Below, piece after piece: positions 37,470 to 52,121 of a stretch of 60,003 nucleotides of DNA. Positions within the stretch are counted from its first letter, which is position 1. Each line of letters opens with the position of its first letter. Location: the NCBI GenBank assembly GCA_030770535.1, contig JASVEC010000024.1, positions 744,001 to 804,003 on the forward strand, in the 5' to 3' direction. The position numbers and the translations under genes are program-made. This DNA comes from Batkoa obscura (taxonomy: Eukaryota). A model generated the notes under the pieces. It saw only the letters and a list, made by a program, of their open reading frames with translations. It was not told the origin of the DNA and made no database searches.

Positions 37470-38444
37470 TTATTTAGTTAAATCTGAAACTGGTTTTCTC
37501 CATCTTAAGGCGTATGAGAATAAGTTGAACATAATGCAAACAGCAATGATACCGATACACCAAAAGAAAGCAATATAATCTGCAAGACAACCCATAACTG
37601 GAGAACCAGGTTGAGAATTTCTAATACTTGGTAAAGCAAAAAGAATAGAAACACCAACAGCTATTAAAGGAGGAGGTACTTCACGTCTTGATATAACATA
37701 ATCATAGGTGATGATTCCATATGGGATAGCTAATCCCCACATAACGGCCATTAAGAAAAATGAAAATGCTTTACTAGAACTAGGTGTAGCTAATTCAATT
37801 GCAATGGCTATAGCATCTAAATCATCATAAGTACCAAGGAAATTCTCTTTATTATTGCCATTTTTAATTAATTCCGCTTGTATCTCTGGTGTATGACTTA
37901 CTAAACTTTTATCCACAAAGATACTTAATGGAATAGATTTCTTCTTAGAGTCTAAACAAATAGCCGTCAATAAAGCATAATATTGTTCCAGTGGATAATC
38001 ACGAATAGTTCCATAAATAATTGGTATAGTCAAACTGACGCTATTGATAGGTTGTCCCTTGATAATTGTTTGTTTCCCATATAATAAATTACAAGTAACA
38101 TTTTGATTCGAGTTAGAGAACTGATCTACATAGTCTTCCCCAGTCATTTTAAATTTAGCAAGTAAATTAATTTTACGAGCTGGTGCTTCTACAGATTGAA
38201 ATGAAAGAAACAACGCAACACCACTAAATGCCTTTTTGTCTTTAAGTTCATCTTCTAAAAGCGTATATCCTTCAGGTACATAGTCAGGTAATGAATTTTT
38301 GACTTCTCTTAATTCTGGATCATGAATTTTTATAACAACTGGAATCACGATGATACACCAAATACAAACACCTATAAAGGTGAGAAAGATTCTTCTAAGT
38401 CTTGTTGTGGACATGATCCTTTCATACAAATCTTTAATGGCCAT
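37470..38444 (-). CDS. DUF4436-like membrane protein (1 N-terminal TM, exoplasmic domain, 3 C-terminal TMs), intronless
   Basis: GTIRDYPLEQY and ILFALPSIRNSQPGSPVMGCLADYIAFFW match the DUF4436 pattern as I recall it. Confidence 0.75.
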   Translation of the reverse strand: MAIKDLYERIMSTTRLRRIFLTFIGVCIWCIIVIPVVIKIHDPELREVKNSLPDYVPEGYTLLEDELKDKKAFSGVALFLSFQSVEAPARKINLLAKFKMTGEDYVDQFSNSNQNVTCNLLYGKQTIIKGQPINSVSLTIPIIYGTIRDYPLEQYYALLTAICLDSKKKSIPLSIFVDKSLVSHTPEIQAELIKNGNNKENFLGTYDDLDAIAIAIELATPSSSKAFSFFLMAVMWGLAIPYGIITYDYVISRREVPPPLIAVGVSILFALPSIRNSQPGSPVMGCLADYIAFFWCIGIIAVCIMFNLFSYALRWRKPVSDLTK

Positions 38445-39518
38445 TTGGAATAGAATATATACAATAGTAAGACAAATATTATGCTTATATGTTTCTTTTC
38501 TTTACTTGAACTATTTATATCTTTTTTTAAAGGCCCTTTAACTTTACTTTGGTGCATCACAAAAGAATAAGTATCCGTTGTTCCTTTAAAAAAGATGAAT
38601 AATTTATTGATTAATCCGATTACCAATTCTTAAAATGAAATAGAAAAATCTAAACTAATATGTTTATATTTTTATTTACTATCTACTACTTATAATAAGT
38701 TATGTACATCTTCCTTACTCTTCAAAGTTTATTTTAATGATTTTAATATAAAATAGAAACAAAACTAGAATTTAATAAAAAAAATATATCTTCAACTATA
38801 AATATTATTTGATAATCAACGGTTAATATTTTTAAAGTATAAACTGGGGCCATTAAATCAAATCATAAGGTAAATAAACGCTTAATAATAACTATTGTTC
38901 CTTCCTATAATTTTAATAGAATAATGAAGATCAAATGTTAAATAATATTCGATACTAAATACTATATTAATTCAGTATACTTCAAATTTTGTTATTGAAG
39001 TTATGAAATTAATAATATAAATTGGTTAAATAACAAGAATTATTGGGATGACATATTATTAATCATCAAGTGTTAAGTAACATTAAATGAAGTGTCTATT
39101 AAACACAAAAATACATCTTTATATACACAAATTTATCCGTTACTTTATAAATATAAGTTAAAATCTACTAAATGCCTTTTACTTTACTTTATTTTGTTTC
39201 TTTGTAAATAATAACACTTTATACTTTTATATAATATAAATATATAGAATAATTTAAATTCAGCTATTTTTTGTTTAAATATTAAACATTTAATGGAGCT
39301 TTTACAAAGAAATAAAACAACTTACTAATTTTATATAGCTAAAAAATTATTAATAAAATAATTGGAATCATTAAATTCCAATTGAACCAATCAAAATCTC
39401 CAATAATTTAATTGAATCACAATTTTAATTGTTTGCAATCTTTCAATAATCAATATCTCATTTTGCATTGCTTGTTTAATTCATTTAATTACTGAATACT
39501 TATTCTTCTTTTCTAACA

Positions 39519-40253
39519 ATGTGGTTATCAGAAACACAAAGTAAACTTCAAACAGCTTTTATTGTTAATATACATAATTGATTTTTTATTTAATCAAATT
39601 AGAAATTGGGGTTGGCCTTCTATCCTTTGGTTTATTCTTTATCTTTTTGGGTATTTTATTATTATTTGATGCCGCTTTAATAGCTATGGGAAATGTAAGT
39701 ATTATTTATTTAAGCTCATAATTATTGATAATTTACTTCATTATCTCATTGCTCATTTTATTTTCTATATTTAATATTATTTCTTCTTATTAAATTAATT
39801 AATTAAAATCTTTTCATTAAATAGATCCTCTTTGTTGTTGGCGGAGTGTTAGTCATTGGTCCTCAAAAATCAATGGAATTTTGTTTCCAAACGAAAAAGT
39901 GGCGAGGTACATTATGTTTTTGTATTGGATTAATAATGGTCTTTTTAAAATGGCGAGTTATTGGCTTGATGATTGAAGTAGTTGGTTTTATTAATTTATT
40001 CGGGTAAGTTGCTTTATTAACATGCTATTTTTAGTTGTTTTTTTAAAATGATAATGTTTATATTAATGTTATTTATTTTTAGTGATTTCTTTCCAATTAT
40101 ATTGAGATTTTTAAGATCTATTCCTTTTGTTGGTACACTACTTAATTTTCCTTTTGTTGCTAGAGTAACTTTTTGAAATTTGTTATTAATTAATTAATTG
40201 ATTTCTTTTATTAGTTGTTAGATCGAGTAGTTGGTATGCAAAGTCCAGCTTAA
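39519..40253 (+). CDS. GOT1: Golgi transport protein Got1, 5 exons
   Basis: MWLSETQKIGVGL...LLLFDAALIAMGNILF...KWRGTLCF...GFINLFGDFFPII; absent from the ORF track. Confidence 0.95.
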
Positions 40254-40594
40254 ATTATTGAAATAGTTTTTATAAAAATAAAATAAAATATTATAATCTG
40301 TTTTAAGTTTTAAATCTCTTTATTTAATATATTATAATAAACTAATTGTGATTTCAATTAGTTTACTTATTTTCGTTGATTTATTGATTCTGCTTAATAC
40401 TATTATTATCTTGTTACTTTTGAAGAGAATATTACTATATTCACGTCAACTCCATTCTTCCTCAACATATCAACCAATCAAAAAAGAGATATTTTAAAAT
40501 ACCTTTCAAAAAAAGAGCCACCAAATTGAATTGATTATTCATTTTTTAGATTTGATTAATTATAATTCAATTTCTTAAAACTTCAAGTTTATCA

Positions 40595-41197
40595 ATGGAT
40601 TCCAACTCTCCATTAAGGCCTTCATTAAGTAATTTTAATTCCACTCCTAATACACCTGGCTCTACCCATTCAAGAGCGTCAAGTTCTAATCCACCATTTA
40701 TTAATTTAAAAACGAATTCAACTAGTGGATTAAGATTAGACACCTCTTTAAAAAGCTTGTCTTCCCCATTAGAAAATATAGTTGATGATGAGGATTTAAA
40801 TTCAATTAATGAAAAGCAAGAAGAAAAGTAAGTTTTTATTTTTAAACTTTATAAATGAATTTATTGATTGTTAATATTTGGTTTGTTTAGTATTCATCAA
40901 TTACGCGATATCATTATTGAAAGCAAACAATTTCATGAATTAGCTAATCAAAAATATTATAACTTATCAAACAAATTTGATCATCATACTTTAAAAATTC
41001 AAAAGTTTCAATCTGAACTGCAGTTGATTTTTAAAAGGATAAGGTAAATAAAATTATTCTATTAATTTCATTTTATTAATTGAATTGAATTTCTAAATAA
41101 AATTAGAACAATAAAATCTCGGTTAGCAAGTCAACATCCAAGTATATTAAAGCAAATTCAATTAGAATATCCCGATATTGAGGTAGAAGATGATTAA
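40595..41197 (+). CDS. KXD1: KxDL-domain (KXD1-like BLOC-1/BORC subunit) protein, 3 exons
   Basis: Ser/Pro-rich N-terminus, then FDHHTLKIQKFQSELQLIFKRIRTIKSRLASQHP. Confidence 0.7.
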
Positions 41198-41209
41198 AAA
41201 AAGCATTTA

Positions 41210-41246
<37 letters not shown>
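41210..41246. repeat. (AAT)n microsatellite between the convergent KXD1-like and DOP1 genes
   Basis: Directly visible. Confidence 0.85.
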
Positions 41247-41249
<3 letters not shown>

Positions 41250-41330
41250 CTATACTATTTATTTAATTTATATTTATTATATATATATGTATATATTCAA
41301 CACATCTACTTCTGATTTCTTATCTCTACA

Positions 41331-44085
41331 TTAACCTTCCTTTTCGATTTCATTACCATCACGACTATCATTCCTATCATTTTCGGTTCTATCATTCAAT
41401 TCTAAATTATCATGTATGATAAAATCATTTAACAAAATAAACTCCACTTCTTCAACATCTGGTTGTAATAAATTCAATGTATTTGTAAACGTCTTGGCAC
41501 TAATTTGATTAAAAAAAGGTTCTAATTGATTCAAATGTTCAATTTTTTTCATTTTTAAGTTTGGTTTTCTTTTACTTATTGTCTTATTACAATAATCAGA
41601 GTCATTCTATTAATTATTATTGCTAGTTAGTATCATTCTATTATAATATAAATAAAAACATTTACCAATATCTGTTTAGTCAATGGATTTTTACCTAGTT
41701 TATCTAAAAGGGAAGAATTTGTTGTTTTGCTTGCTGAAATAAAATCTAATGTTTCATTAATAAAAATCCATTGGTACATTTGAAATTCTTCAATTTGTAA
41801 TGTAAATAATGTATCTAAAAACTTTAACGTAGATAAAATAAAGTTCGCTTTTTGTTCTTCTTCCAATGTGATGTTTGTAATTGCTGGTTTAGATTGTGTT
41901 TGTATACTATATAATTTAATACTTTGATAAATTGGTATTAATTCCGTTATTATAATGGGCCAAAAGCTACTCAATAAATGAGCGGAATATCGACACAACA
42001 TCACTCGTAAACATAAAAATACCTCACTAGCTATTGAATCGGGTGAGGAGCTTTTGATCAATTCTACTAATTTTTCTTGAATTGTTGGTAAAGCAATTAA
42101 GTGCTCATCGATTTCCCCACAAAATATAATAAATGCTAATCTTCTTAACATCATTGCTGAGGTTTGAATTTCAAAGTCTCGATTACTAAATAAATTAGAA
42201 GGTGTAGAAGAAATACGACCTATAAAAATATTCCACTAATAAGCAATATACTACAATTTTTTTTAATTTTATAAACTTACCTATAATTTCATGAATCTTG
42301 TCCCCTTCATTTTTAACTATTACTTTAATTAATTTCAACCAATAACTTATATTTTCCTTATTCTGATTAAAAAAACTCAAATCCAAAAACTTTTCCCAAC
42401 CTTCTCTTTTCCAGCTTTTATATGCAAAATCTAATTGACTCATTTTACACATCAATTTAAGTACCATAGTATAACAAAAGTTATTGTCTTTTAAATTTGG
42501 GGTAACAAAATAATACATTAAATTGTTAAAAAAATTTAATACTTTATCATTATCATACAAATATAGTTGAATATTTTCCATTAAATTTTGATCAAAAAAT
42601 GATAATATTTGATACAAATTTAAGGTTTCTATTCTTATATTATTTTCTTCAATTTGTTTTAATATCTCTGGTTTCATTTGAGTATTATTATAATAAAGAT
42701 TAGGTATACCATCAAACAATACTAAATGATCTTCACTGGCTGAACTAGCTAACCCTAACCATGAGGATTGTTCATTAGCTTTACTTGTTATTGTAATAAC
42801 TAAATCTATTAATTTTTGAAATGTTTCCTAAAAACATATTAAATCATAATTATAATGATTTATAATACAAAAATTAAACTTACTTGAATTTCTTTTTTTA
42901 ATTTTTTATCTTGAATATCTACAATTGTACCTGAGTGTTTACAAAATTGAATAAATAAGCTAGAATTAATAATTAACAAACATTATTTTATATATTGATA
43001 ATGAGATAATTTTACCTTAATAAAGGATATAATAAATATTTATGGGAATTAATAGAATATAATACATCTTTATAGAAAGTAATAAATATAGACCACATAG
43101 ATGCCAAGGTATTATCTCTATTAATTGGAAACGATAACAAAAAATCATCCAAAAATTTTAAGATTGTTAAATCAGAACTAATTAAAATAAAATAGTTAAT
43201 AATTAATAGAATTACTATACTTAATCAAAAATCTTACCAAATTTTTCCTTCATTTTCTTTTACTTTATAACTCCTATTAACTGAAGCTTCCTGTACTTTT
43301 TTTCTAGCTAATTGTAGCCATTCAAAAAAGAATGAAGATAAAGAAAAGCTGGTTGATTTAAATAGTAAATTCAATAGTTCTTTTTGTTTTTCATTTTTCT
43401 TATTTTCTTCCTATAATAAAAAAATTGGCAATTAATTTCTTATTATCAGTTACTTTTCTTATTTTTATAATTTACCTTCCAATTACTATCATTGTCTAAT
43501 AATTGCCAAGCCTGTACAAATGCAATAAAAAAATCTTTATAAAATAAACTCGATAAGTTTTCCAAACAATTAATAATTTGATATTGTATTTTATCTTTAG
43601 AATAGTTACAATTACAGTTTTCATTTTTGTTTTCGTTCTTATTCTTATTTTTTTCGTTTAATACAAAATAACATTCTATTAAATCTACAATAAATTTAGG
43701 TAATCGTTCAATAACACAATTCAGTATTTGTTGATCAAATTTAATTAATTGGTTATTATTTGAATTAATTAATCGATCAAATGTTGAATATTTTTTATTT
43801 TTTGTTGTTGATAAATTAATCCATTTCTTAACACCTAAACAATTAGCTAATTTGGAATAACAATGATTTAAAAATTCAATTGTAATTTCAATACTGTTAT
43901 AATTTATATATTGAATTTGTAATTGGGCACAATTCAATACTGGTTCAATTATTAATTGAAAGGATTCTATACTATTTAATAAAGGGATTGATAATAAAAA
44001 TATTTCAAACCAATTTAATATTATTTTATTACTATCTTTTTGTTGCATTACTAAAATTAATAATGATTTTAAATATATTGTTCCC

Positions 44086-44122
<37 letters not shown>

Positions 44123-44713
44123 TTTCCTCCACATTCATTATTATTGGATAATATCCATTTGATAAACAGTTATCAATTTTATATTGTAATTTATTATTAT
44201 CTAATTTTTTATAAATAGTTGAATTTTCTTTAATTAGCCATAGAAATAATGACAAATATTCAATTTGTACAATAATTTCTTGTTTAATGATCCAATATTC
44301 TAATCTTAATGTAATAATATCTAATAGTTCATTATAAATAATTTGATTTGATTTATGATATTCTATTTTATCTTTAGTATATGGTAACCATAATAATAAC
44401 AATTGTGAAATAGAACAATATAAACTCAAATTTTGTTTTTGTTTCTTTCGTGTTATATTGCATGGAACATCCGTTATTAAAAAACATATTATTAATTCTA
44501 GAAAATAGTTAAAATATGTTGTATCTGGTAATATATTATTATTAATATTATTGGAAATTGACCATCAAACAAAGTTGTAGTAATAAATTCATCAATAAAT
44601 GATTTACCTTCTGATTTAGATAAATTGATTAAAGTATGAATGATATAATCTACTTGTAATAGATCAGGTATAATTTCATAAATTGGAAACTGTATATATT
44701 TATCTAATATTAA

Positions 44714-44773
<60 letters not shown>

Positions 44774-47748
44774 TTCTTTTTTCTTATTAATTAGAATTCT
44801 TCTAAAATCTAAACTAATTAATGTATCTATCATAACATTAAATATATCATTATACGAAATAATATAATTTCGAATCCAATATTGACTTCTTTGTTTAATT
44901 TGTATATCATTATGTTCTAACAAATCTAATACAATTAATAATGGTTGATAAAAATATTTTGCTATATCATGTCCATTTAATTTCGATATTTCCCAAAATA
45001 ATCCAAACTTATTGAAATTACTATTGTTATTTAAATTGAATTCACTTATTTTCATTGAAATATAATTTTCAATTAATTTAATATCATATAAACTACTTAA
45101 TAACCAAATTAATTCAATTATATTAGATTGGTACTGTTCATTTGATTCATTTAAATTATCCCATAATTTATCTAATATTAATAATAATATTTCTTTCGTT
45201 AAATAAGTTTGATTTAAAGTTATTTGTTTTAATGTTAAATCAACTAAACATTTGATTGAACTTTCAATTATAATAAAATCTTCTACTTTATAACAACATA
45301 AAACTAAATTTGTTGTAAATTCATTAATTAATTGTAACCCATTACGTTTTAAATTATCCTTTATATTATTATTATTAACTTCATAAAACGTATAAAATGT
45401 ATTTAAATCAAATGGAAATGAAGTCAATTGTTTTAATAATTCGGATATTGATATAAATAATTGATTATTATTATTGTTAATTATTTCTTGTTGTTGATTA
45501 TTTTGTAAGAAATGTAATAAAATACTTTTCCCAATGATCAATAATTTATATAATATAATGTTAAATAAATTAAACCCCTTAATTTTACTAAATAATAATT
45601 GAGTTGTATTGATATTTTCATTTTCATTTTCATTTTCTTCATCTTCATTTCCTTGTTGTTTTATTGGATTATAATAATTTCTAATTAACTTTGTAATATC
45701 CCTATCCTCTATATTATCATTCTCTATAGTAATCTCAAGTTTAAATATATCTTTTGGTAATTTCGACATTGATGAAGTAATTAATTCTAATGTCATTAAT
45801 ACATTTTTTTGATATTTGAAAAAATCTAATTGTTGTTTCTTCGTTTGCAGTAACTGTAAACATCGAATTAAAAAACAAGGTAGATGAATAAATTCTACTT
45901 CTTCTTCATTAAATTCCAATATATTAAATACAAATAATATCAATTCCAATTTATAACTCGTTTCATCTCCTTCGATCTCTAATTGATTTAATGTCCTATT
46001 AATATAAGACCAAATAAAATAAGGTTCAATTGTATCCAAAAATAATTTTGAGTTCATTATTAATTCTTTTTCATATAATAAATTCTTTTTACATTGTAAA
46101 TAACTTCTATTCATTATAGTATCAAAATGATATTGTAACATAACAGGCCCTAATTCTTGCTTGTCCATTAATGAAATTAATATACGATATGGTTTTTGCA
46201 ACTCATTTAGTGATGTTGTGTTCAACTCAAACATTCTCTATTATTGAAGAAGATTAATAATAAAATATATAATAAAATAAATATGATTTCTTACTTTAAT
46301 AGCTAAACTCATTGCGTTTAAACAATAAGCTTTAAAATAATTAATAGTTACTTCCATGGTTTCTCCACTTCCTTTTTATAATAAAAATACAAATAAATAT
46401 CACCATTCATATCATCATATTATGTCAAGAATTACCTAATAACCAAGCATAAACTCTTCTATTTAAAGACATATCCCTACTTAAAAATATCGATAGTAAT
46501 GAGATCATCAACTGACATAGTTGATCTTCTGTTAATATACTAATAATATCAAATATAAAAATGAAATTAATCATTATTATTATTATATTTAATATAATTC
46601 AACTTACTTTAAATTGGGTGGTAAATATTTAATAATAATATCCAACATGCCTCTTTTCACCAAATGATCTTTATCATTTAAAGTAGCACAGATGGCATTG
46701 ATCATTAGGTTTAAATCATTTCCTAATATCTCTGATAATTCTAAAAAAACAAAATCATTAATACTCCATTTCTTCTTCTTTCAGCTTCATAGTTTACTTA
46801 CCTTTACCATCTTTTATCTTAGGAAATCTTTTGATTAAAAAATTAATCCCTGCACATCGAATTTTAGGTGTAGAAATAAGTGCTAACCACATTGCTTGTA
46901 AATAGAAATCTTGACCTACTTTGATCGATAATGAATCTAATAATTTAAATACTTGTTCAAAATATTCATTCCCTTCTTCTCAATTCCAGGTAATAAAGAT
47001 ATTATTAGACTTTTTGTACACGGTCTTAATGACTTATCGAGAGTTACTATATAAGTTTCATAAATCTTTAATAATTGAGACTAAAAGAGAAAAGTTAGTA
47101 AAAAGATAACCAAATAAAATAAAACTTACTTTAATCGTCATGGATGCAAATTGCATAAACGGAAATAAACCATAAGCATAAATAGCTAAATCTTGGGCTA
47201 ATAAATCAGACTAAAAACAATCATCTCCATTAAAATCTTATATTAAAACACCAATATTAAGAAGATCAAAACTTACCCCCATCTGTTCAAAAATAGTTTG
47301 ATAAACTAATAGTGCTTTTTGATGAACCCCCGTTGGTAAAGCTGGATTTAAACATTGAGCTAACCTTTTTGCTAATAATAATTTATGCGGTATAACTTTA
47401 AATTGAGGATATGTTTCAAAACACTATAAACAGAGAAAATGATTAATTGAATGGGTTTAGTTTATATGATTCGTATGGAATATATTTTTATTTTGAATTT
47501 TGAACTTTGAATTAAAATAGCTTACTTTTTGTAAACGCGATAAAAATGCAGAGACATCCGCCCACTCACTTACACTTTCAAATGCTGACAATGTACGTTC
47601 AATAGAGTAATTGAATTTTAAATATTTTGGATCTAACAAAATCAAGTATTAGTTGTAATTATTTCAATATCAGTTATTGAATTCTACCTGATGATAAACT
47701 TTTATTGGAGTTTATTGTAGTGGATTTATTATTTATTGGAGTGGTCAT
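41331..47748 (-). CDS. DOP1: Dopey/Dop1 Golgi-endosome trafficking protein (multi-exon, two apparent frame breaks)
   Basis: FESVSEWADVSAFL, AKRLAQCLNPALPTGVHQKAL, LSRDMSLNRRVYAWL, LRRLAFIIF...LSSFWPIIITEL. Confidence 0.92.
44716..44772. repeat. (ATT)n microsatellite encoding poly-Asn in Dop1
   Basis: Directly visible; a second tract lies near 44086-44120. Confidence 0.9.
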
Positions 47749-48031
47749 TTATATTTGTTTATTTTATATTGAAATTTTGATTTTTTTTTTTAAAAATCAA
47801 TAAAAGAAAATTGAATGACTTTTTTTGAAGTTTTTCAAAGCCACCTAAACAACTGTTATTTGCATAATTCTAACTATTGATGTGGCAAGAATCGAGAGTT
47901 GACTTATTTGGATAACTCTCAAATAATTTTTCAATGAAATTTTTGAGGTTATTTTTAGTGAATTAAAAATTAATTAGATTTACAACTCTTTTTTTATTAT
48001 CTTTGTTCTATTTTCAAAATATATATAAAAA

Positions 48032-50371
<2,340 letters not shown>

Positions 50372-50686
50372 AAAATCTTGGTCGATATTCTATAAAATAA
50401 TTATCCTTTTTTTTTCTAGTTTATTGTTTATATTGTATTGTAATATATTATTAAATATAAACTAATCTTAATTTTAGTAATAAAACCGAATAGGTATTTA
50501 ATAGTTCAAAATCATTAAATAAAACATCGTAAACTATATCTTTACGTTAAAGTAGTTAACCTGAAGTAATTGATAGTAAACTTTAAATATTAAATACTAT
50601 AATTAGCAATGAAATATATTTGTTTATTAAATTAAACAATCAATTTCATTTCAAACATAAAACAAAAAGCCAATATCTAAATTCAT

Positions 50687-50986
50687 TTATTTATCTTCAA
50701 ATTCTTTCCATAATTCTTCACGTCTTTTTTTAGCATCTTTAGCTTTTTTAGCATTAGCTGAACGTATGCCTTCAAACTTAATATAGTATTGTATTAGTTT
50801 AATTTGATCTTGTTTTTATAATAAAGTAACAATTACCTCTAAAGCCAGACATTTATTTAATTCAATTTTCAAATCATTACATTCACCAAAATATTTTTTA
50901 ATTGGATGATTTAAATGACAATTGTTTAAGGCCATGATTTGTGATATACATTCTGTATGTTTATGGGGTGTTAAGGTAGGATGCAT
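50687..50986 (-). CDS. CMC2: Twin-CX9C cytochrome oxidase biogenesis protein Cmc2, 2 exons
   Basis: MHPTLTPHKHTECISQIMALNNCHLNHPIKKYFGECNDLKIELNKCLALE|FEGIRSANAKK...; absent from the ORF track. Confidence 0.9.
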
Positions 50987-51229
50987 CGTTAGATTTTTTT
51001 CTCTTTTTAATAAAAGTATATATTTTGTAAAATAAAAATTTAAAACTTTCGATTTTTATTTATTTTCAACTCTCTTCGCTTTAATTTGAAATTCAATTAA
51101 TTCTTCAATTGAATTAACTTTTGCAATTTTTGAAATCTACTCAATTCTGGAGTATTCAAGATTTTTTAAATTTTTACTTTTTTAAAAATTATAGATTTTT
51201 TACATTTTTAAAATAGTTAACCAAAAAAA

Positions 51230-51739
51230 ATGTCAACAATGTTATGTACCCTAATGAGGGGGTTAACCTTAACCAAGACACCAACTTTTAATTTACTCAA
51301 ATCCAACTTAACTAACCCCATTAATCGTTTAACTGTGGTACAAACTCAAACGAGTAATATGGCGACTTTAAATCAAGTAATAAGAGGTTGTCGTAAAACC
51401 AAGCCCAATGTATCCAAGTGTCCAGCTCTCGATGGCAGTCCACAGAAAAAAGGTGTTTGTGTGAAAGTATACACTACAAAACCAAAGAAACCTAATTCAG
51501 CTGTACGTAAAGTAGCACGAGTTCGATTAAGTAATGGAAAAACTATCATTGCTTATATTCCGGGTGAAGGTCATAATTTACAAGAACATTCAGTAGTACT
51601 TGTTCGTGGTGGGGGCCCTCCTGATTTACCTGGTGTGAAATATAAGCTCATTAGAGGTAAATATGATTTACAAGGCGTTGCTAATAGAGCTACTTCAAGA
51701 TCGAAATATGGTGCTAAGAAGCCTTCAAGTGATAAATAG
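51230..51739 (+). CDS. MRPS12: Nuclear-encoded mitochondrial ribosomal protein uS12m
   Basis: Presequence, then MATLNQV...PQKKGVC...[20 protein letters not shown]...HNLQEHS. Confidence 0.96.
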   Translation: MSTMLCTLMRGLTLTKTPTFNLLKSNLTNPINRLTVVQTQTSNMATLNQVIRGCRKTKPNVSKCPALDGSPQKKGVCVKVYTTKPKKPNSAVRKVARVRLSNGKTIIAYIPGEGHNLQEHSVVLVRGGGPPDLPGVKYKLIRGKYDLQGVANRATSRSKYGAKKPSSDK

Positions 51740-52121
51740 ATTCAAAATAAAAAATAAGTTTGCTTGGGGTTTATAGGTCTATTTGGGAGAATTTTTCTAA
51801 TTTTATATTTTAGATTGATTAAACTGATTTAAAATTGTTTATACTTAGTATAATATAAGCTTAATGAAATTAATAAGTTAAATAATTTGTAGATTTCTTG
51901 ACAAAATTATATTTATCCATATTTAATATCTATAGAAATTAAATTTAACTAAAGATATTAGCCTCATTACTAAACTATCAGTACAGCGCATTTATAAAAC
52001 AATAACGAAGGCTTAAATATTTTATCACATTTTTTTATTAAACTACTTTCTATACTATCACTATCGGACCTTGGAGGAAGCTTTAAAGTTCAAATACCAA
52101 TTGTTGTTTTTAAGCTTTAAT

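Noticed and set aside
38372..38626. 84 aa ORF overlapping the DUF4436-like start
   Set aside because: Out of frame with the main CDS, non-ATG start and no recognisable features
43988..44218. Poly-Tyr ORF
   Set aside because: Antisense reading of the (AAT)n poly-Asn tract in DOP1
51230..51739. rpsL-like gene as bacterial contamination or a NUMT
   Set aside because: It has a mitochondrial presequence and sits among intron-containing nuclear genes
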